Below, one piece after another: positions 56,823 to 64,000 of a DNA stretch of 64,000 nt. Source of the DNA: Trichoplax adhaerens (taxonomy: Eukaryota; Animalia; Placozoa); assembly GCF_000150275.1 (NCBI RefSeq), contig NW_002060944.1, positions 7,454,735 through 7,518,734 of the forward strand. Direction: 5' to 3'. Made by a program: the position numbers and the translations under genes. Every line of letters begins with the position of its first letter. Positions within the stretch are counted from its first letter, which is position 1. The notes below the pieces were generated by a model. The model made no database searches and was not told the DNA's origin. It saw only the letters and a list, made by a program, of their open reading frames with translations.

Positions 56823-59800
56823 TTTTTGTTCTGGCTCGTTGAATTAAGCTATATATAGATATATAAGACTGTAATAGCTTGCTTAATCTAATTATAATTG
56901 AGTTTGTTGAGGTTGATTACGTTAGGAAGAGTTACGACTTTGACTGCTTTGACAGCACTGCTTCTGGAGTGCAGCTGCTTAATTTTTCCAACTGCTGTAT
57001 TTTCTAACATTAAAATTTCTTTCTAAGAGAAGGCCAAATCTATAATGAATTCTACTTTTAAGAGTATAACAAGGCAATTAAAATATTGCTGCGATACATT
57101 TGTCATCAAAGTTAGATTAGCCTGTTAATTATACCTGTATTGATTTTATATATAGTCGATAAATAATTTACATTTATCCTCATCTTGCTGACCTGTTGTG
57201 ATTGGGTTACTCGTGTTTTATGGCCAGACTAAAATTTTTCTTACCGTAATATCGTTTTCTTACTTTTTATTATATATCCCTTAACAGTAGCAGCAGTATA
57301 ACTGCCATTCGGGTTATTTGGACGTCATAACGCTTTAATGCCCGTGATTTAATTTAATCAATGTAAGAATAAAATGTTAATTTTAAAGTCTATTTCAGGA
57401 GTGTCGATCTTAAATGTAGGAATATATTCGAGAAAAACGATAGAGAGATCATCAAGATTTTAGGCAGTTAAACATATATTTGCGAATAATTATTCTCAAG
57501 CCATTGATTATTACAATATCTTTTGCGTAAAATACTAAATGAACCGCATGTGCAAGAGTCAATCTTAAAATTTCCTTATAATATTAAATACGTAGCCGAG
57601 TTTACAGCTCTTACCAACTGCAGTAAATAACTGTCTAGTAAATCTACGGATATTTTCACAAGAAGTCAGGGTAGATTAGCGTATTCGAATGAGTTGGATT
57701 TCTTAAAATAGACTGCCCCCGTGAATCTATAATATACGGCCACCCTAATGAAACACGGACCCCTATTCCTTTTCAAAAATTTCGCTTTCTATTAGACAAT
57801 TATTAGCACAGAAAGTCCTTTAGTTTTAGTTATAATACTTTATAGTTAATAAAAGAGTATAAATTGACTGTATTGGAGCACACTCATAGGTGTTAAAGAG
57901 AGCGGATACTTTTCATAATAAGTGATGACTGATGAGCATATTAGGATAGATTTGGCTTTCAAATTATGCTAAAAAGGAATGGTTGATTGCGTATAGGCAT
58001 GAATTCGATTTTTAAATGAAGTTGTTTTGTATTACAAAACATCACAATATCAAATAGGTTACAAGTCATATCTTAATTTTCTTTTGAGATTCTGATATTC
58101 CATAGTATATGAAAATTGATAGATTAATTTAAATTGCGCGGTTGATTTACAGATACCAATAACTTTTATCATGACAAGCAATGCTGAATTAGTCTATAGT
58201 AGAAACTAGATGATATTCTTAAATATTTGTATTTGTACATGAATAACATTTTGGAAACAAGAGCTTTCCGTAATAAATGGCAACAAATCAGTGTCTAGTA
58301 GATGGAGATTCGATCTTCAAGTTATGTTGCGCATATTGAAGAATGTCGCAATATTAAATAGGTCATGATAAAATAAATAGATTTGCTTGTCAGGTTATAC
58401 TATTCCATGGTATATGAATAACCGATAGATTCCGTGAGTTGGATTAGATTACAGAATTGACTTACAGACTGCAATAACCCTCTTTATGAGCGGTATAAAA
58501 TTAGTATATAGGGGTATATTAAACTGCTAAAAAAAATACTATTTGTAACAAAGAATATCATTCGTAAATAAGGATAAATGATTTGATGATATGATGTAAC
58601 GGTAATTCTTTATTTTACCTACAAATCAAAATTGATATATCATACCGTTGGTTTGTTGATCTTTTGTTGTTAAGAGTTTTAAATCATCATTATCTAGTCT
58701 CTTTAATGTTATACCAAACCTGATGGTTGATACATATCTGGATAAAATTGAAATTTGCAATACTTAGTAATTAGATCAGTATTATTTTGTTGCCCTATCT
58801 TTTACACAATATTCGTATCTCATAATATCGGCGCATAAATTAGGTTAATAAAGCAGAACAGTCTATACAGTAGATTACCTCATACTATAGACCCATAAAT
58901 TGACCGGGTAGATAGGAATACGATACGGCAATTTTATAAAATTGAGAGACTAAATCAGTATTACTTAGTCGTTCTACTTCTTGTGTGACTTCATATACTA
59001 GAACTGCATAGAATTGAGCAAAGAGTTTATTTTCTATAGTCATTTCTAACCTATCATTTCATATTCTAGTGGTACTAATTAGATAATCGGGTCGGCATTA
59101 TTTATAGTTAGCTTCTATATTTCCTACTCCATCTGTCATGATAGAAACATACTGTATATAAAATGTTCAATTAGACCTAAATTATTTAACCAGTCTGTTT
59201 TCTGTATAATTTGTTAGGATAGTTTGATGTCTAAATTGGCCTTTTGTAAAGTCGATTGACCTTGTTGATCAATGGATGCTAAATTTGGAATTCATTAATT
59301 AATAATGAAAGCTATACTGTAGTCTTATGGAATAGAATAAAAAGAGAAAACAAATTGTATTCTCTTCTATTGGTTGAATACAGTATGAACCTTTACAATA
59401 TTTCTCAATTTTTAAGATATAAAAAAATTTTCAACACATACAATCTCTATTGGGTATCTACCTTTATAAGATAGGATATCATTGGGTACAGTTTAAAGAT
59501 ATAAGCTACTGGAACCAATTGACGGTACGTTGTTCTGGAGAGAGAAATGTAATTAATAACCTTTTGATATTGATTACCCGGTATTGGCTAAGAACATTCT
59601 ATCAAGGTTTTCGGAATACGAGTGATCTGAAGTATTTTAAAACATTATTCTAATTGTAGGGCTATACTAATTGAAAAGGATACAGCCATTACAGCCTACC
59701 TAGGATTGTTATTTGACATCGTAGCCGTTGACGGTATGCTGTCGTTCTGATTGATTAAAGGAGAAATAAATTTATTATTATAAAAGATAGACTAGTCTAG

Positions 59801-60319
59801 AATTTCATTAGCCAAAAATTAAACTCTTACTCTGTCTTTCAATAACTTAGAACTGTTTCTAAAGTTTCTCATGTAATTGATTACAGTATTTATCTTGATC
59901 CATTTCGAAACTTGATCAATTTTTATTAAATTCGATGAGCAAAGATATCGAAATTTTGCTTTCCTTATCATTATCGTTGAACGTGTTTCAATCTGGGAAA
60001 ATTATTATTGAGTTTCAATCTTGACCTATCAATCATGGCATTAATTTAATGTTGGGATTTCATACATCTCACGTAGATTAGAATGTCTAAATAGCCCCAT
60101 AAATGATCACTGTTGACGATTATCACGTACGTCGAGTTGTACTTATAGAAGATGATGGGGAGTTCGAGGTATCCTGATTTAGGCTGTTTTTTATTTTAAA
60201 TCTTGACTAAACACATGATCATAGAGACATAAAAATGAACTAAAATAGTATGATTCAATCATCATCATTACCATGCTCTCTGTCCTTAATACCTAAATGA
60301 TCCCCTAAGTGATCAATCT

Positions 60320-60720
60320 TGATGAGTATAATCACATATACGTGTAAATGTATGTCTTAAATTGAACCACTTAGATTCCGGCGTATTTTTCTTATTTCTT
60401 ACTGTTAAGATATTTGAGAATAGGATAAAAGCAATATAGAATATACTAGAATAGCATAGTTTAATCATCACAGGCCATGATGTTTATACCTGATGGCTGA
60501 ATGATCTTGCAAATGATCATGTAGGTAAGTATAAATAATCAAATATACCGGTACGTATAAGCATTGATATATATTTTAAATTCATTGAATTTAAATTGAA
60601 CCAACTTGATTCGGCATGCTTTTCTTGTTTCTTATTTTGACTTGAAAACAAAATAAAAAATAGTAGCATAGAACAGCGGCTAGAATAGCTTCGTTTAATC
60701 ATCAAAGAATATAATATTTA
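60320..60720. repeat. Diverged direct duplication of ~240 bp
   Basis: taaattgaacc...gattc(c)ggc.t..tttct...tagaatagc...gtttaatcatca at ~60358 and ~60593. Confidence 0.7.
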
Positions 60721-61611
60721 TACTTGACGGCTAAAATGATCCATAATGATCTTACTGCGCTCTTGCATCGTTCATTCCATCAGTCAGTAGCTGTAATCAT
60801 TGAAGAATTCTACTATTCTTGAATGGAACGACCATCAAATGATTAGACTATTGATAGAAGAAATAATGATTCAATATTGATTGAAACTCTCTTGGTATTA
60901 GTGGCATTACTGTTATGTTCTTCAATAATAAGTTCACTCCGTGAGTAAGATTGATAACCGCATTTTATTATTAGTTGATCGGTATTTATAGCTACACGAG
61001 GTTACACCTCGATACGATTACAGTTTATACTTCGCACTACAATTAGTAACTTATCAGTCCGCCTTTTACAATGTTCTCTCACCTACTGTATTACAAGTAC
61101 TACCATACAATCATCATATACGTACATAAATAGTGTTTCCTTTATTTATGCCTTTATGGTTAAGATATCGTATTTAATCTATTACTAACTATATATACAA
61201 CAATTACTTTTCCTATCAGCGGGAAGGAGTTAAACTACGCTATAGAAACTTATCTATCTTGATAAGAAACCTTAATTGAAGCCAATTTTTGTGGGCCTAT
61301 CTTCATTGAACGGTCCGTTCCTAACCTAGTTTTAAATGAAATACTAGATGATTTTTTGCCTTGTATCTACGTAGCAAGGACTTTTTATAAAGTGGAAAAA
61401 GAAACTAACTTAATTTTTCTACTTTATTGGATTGTTAGCTATCTACTGGGTAATAGATGACTAAGATCACGAAAATATCGTCAGTTCTCTACTTACCATT
61501 AAAATATGTAGATTGTAATTGTGATCGATTATTTTGAAAATTATAAATTAATAAGTGTGGAATTTTCCTTCTCTCTCTAGCAGACTTGATTGAAAGGACA
61601 TCTCCTACAAA

Positions 61612-63868
61612 ATGAGCTCATCTGTTCATCCACGGCGATCAGGAAAACGACAAAAAAGCACAGAAAGTCATCAGGAAATGATTGATATTGGTACGCGACT
61701 AGACAAACAGATGATTGCTATTAAAATCACGATGTACCTTTATCGATCTAATGAATGATAGAATAATTTGTCGGTCAATATTCTCAGTCTATATCTTATT
61801 ACAGCTTTATATATACAAGTATATAAATACTTTAACAGTGAAACCATAACTCACGTTTTGAACTAGTGATCAAGACCAAACAGTTATAATAGAATAAAGA
61901 TAATAAGAATATTTTACAGTTTATATCATTCGAAATCTCCTTTAACATCAGTTTTTAATACTGAGGATGTCGATGATAATATCCATTTAATGGATAAAAG
62001 TATCGTTTACTATTTCTCAGCTTTGACAATATCTGGCGTTGCGATTGCCTCGACTTTGATTCATGAATATTAAAATCTTTCAATGTTGAACCATATAGAG
62101 ACCCCGCGATCTTCAGTACCTGGCTCAGTAACTCATGATGATGATATTCTCCTCAGTAAACCGACATCAAGGCACACAAATCTCCATACTGGTCACCAAA
62201 GTTCCATTATGGCACGGATGCCAAGCCAACAAGCAATCCAATCTGCTCCAGGAGCCAATTTAACTCGAAAAGATTGTCATAGACGTTGGGTTCGATCTAG
62301 TCGATCAGGATTTCAATCCATACCTAACGATGAAAGGGAGGATCAAATTGAAGATGTTGAGGATGAGGATTATAGTCATGAACATCATGAACATAGAGCC
62401 AAATTAATTAAGCAATACGCTTCCAATATGAAGAGAAAACGTGAAGAATATCAGTAAGATTTCTAGTTTTCTTATAGAACAAAATTCAGATCGAATTAAA
62501 ATATTCTCCTTACTCTAGATCAATTTCTGACATATACAATTATATATACAGTATCTCTCTCTCACCCTTTTTCGAGCTATTTTTAATTCAAGTATGTCAC
62601 TATCAACTTGATTCAAACTTGCTAATGGGATCATCTATCGATATTTAAGGAAATTACAAAAAGCTACAGCATTGAAATATGGAAATCAAGGTCATCGTGA
62701 TAGAAAGCAAAAAGGGGTAAATTCTATAGATATTGTAAATAGAGACTGTTACCTTGCTTGACTAACTTTATAAATAACTGGTGATAGAGCTGAAATGCCC
62801 TATAAGATTTCGGTAATAAGTTTGCTAGCTTTTAAGTAAATAGAAGTTAATTTTTCCCTCTCTTCCTATACAATGCAGATTTGGCAATCAGTAAAGCAAG
62901 GATTTCATGAAAACTTTAGCTTTAGCTTATGGAGATCACATTTAAAAGAAGTAGAAGGTAATATCGATCCTAGTTAGTCCATAACTGCTGCAATATGAAT
63001 TATCATTTATATCAATATCTTTAGGCCAATTTGGCAATGGTGTTCTATCCTATTTCATCTTCCTACGATGGTTATTCTACCTTAATTTAATGCTAGGCTT
63101 AATGTGGTTTGGTTTTTTATGTGTGCCAGAAATTCTACTTGCCCATCGAAACGTGGTCTCTTTTGATTATGCTACCTTTAATATTTCTCAATCCATTGCT
63201 AACACCACAACAGGGGCTAGCATTTACTGTAGTCCAGATTATATCGCTAATACAACATCAACAACCCATTTGTTTATTGTTATTATTAGTGGCAAGGTAG
63301 TCTAGCATTTATGAACTGCCATTTTAATCTTCGTTCATGTTTCTTTTATCCGTTTCAATTTGCTTTTCTCCTCTATTTTAGGGACAAATGGAATGCAGCC
63401 AGCTCTTTTATGGCAATTATACCGCTGATGTTGTTCATACACCAAATATACCCATCTATTATAGTATGCCATTTGTATATTTTGTGGTAACCCTCGTCCA
63501 TTTTATATTAAGTCTTGTCCTAGTTGCTAGAAGGTAAAATTTAGGTAGAAAATTCACCTTATATTAATAGATAAATTGCATAAGTTTGTTAGTCTACACG
63601 AATTCGATTAGAAGTAATAGGTAGATCTGTAGTTTAAATTATTTCTATCGATTTCTGCGTTGCTGAATTTTGGTAGGAAAAAATGATTACTAGATTTTAC
63701 TTTCAACCTAATTTTATCCAGTGCCTCCAATGCCTATCAGAAAAGCTATATTGAAGGCGGTAGTAGTGTCCATCAATTCTGTAATAAGCTATTTGGTGGT
63801 TGGGATTATTGTATTTGTGAGCAGAAAGCGGCAGAACTGAAAATGAAAAGCATTGCACATGATATGAA
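61612..63868 (+). CDS. Transmembrane channel-like protein TMC-C, tandem paralog of TMC-B; continues beyond the window
   Basis: Exons 61612-61690, 62099-62453, 62650-~62734, 62879-62957, 63025-63295, 63381-63533 and 63722-63868 have the same boundaries as TMC-B. Motifs: MPSQQAIQSAPGANLTRK, GQFGNGVLSYFIFLRWL, GQMECSQLFYGNYTADVVHT, LFGGWDYCI. Confidence 0.93.
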
Positions 63869-64000
63869 GGTAATTTAGAAGTGATATTAATGTTCATTTC
63901 TCTGGTTTATTTACGGCAGACGGTGTTAATGATGATATTTTACGGCTTGTTATTTATCTATATTATTATTTACACGATAGTTACTCCGAGTGTAGCTTGT

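Overview
AT-rich, intron-dense animal DNA. Short GT-AG introns and gene content suggest a non-bilaterian, most likely a placozoan (Trichoplax/Hoilungia-like); this is inference, not a database match. Manual exon assembly supports seven protein-coding genes: IRE1/ERN1 (-, both ends incomplete), GW182/TNRC6 (+), TEX2 (-), a small twin-CX9C protein (+, 5' end uncertain) and three TMC channel genes. The TMC genes are a TMC5/6-type (-) head-to-head with a TMC4/7/8-type (+), followed by a tandem duplicate that runs off the window. Two repeat/transposon-relic islands lie at ~5-13 kb and ~26.5-30.8 kb. Main highlights: (1) the GW182 keeps its silencing half (UBA, Q-rich, PAM2, RRM) but has almost no GW Argonaute hooks; (2) the IRE1-TEX2 and TNRC6-TMC(-)/TMC(+) arrangement mirrors human 17q23/17q25 and 16p12, including an EVER1/EVER2-like head-to-head pair; (3) dense TA-C(A/T)G-TA arrays look like accumulated Tc1/mariner excision footprints, and one is polymorphic between tandem-repeat copies. 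Exon coordinates were read by eye and may be off by a few bases.
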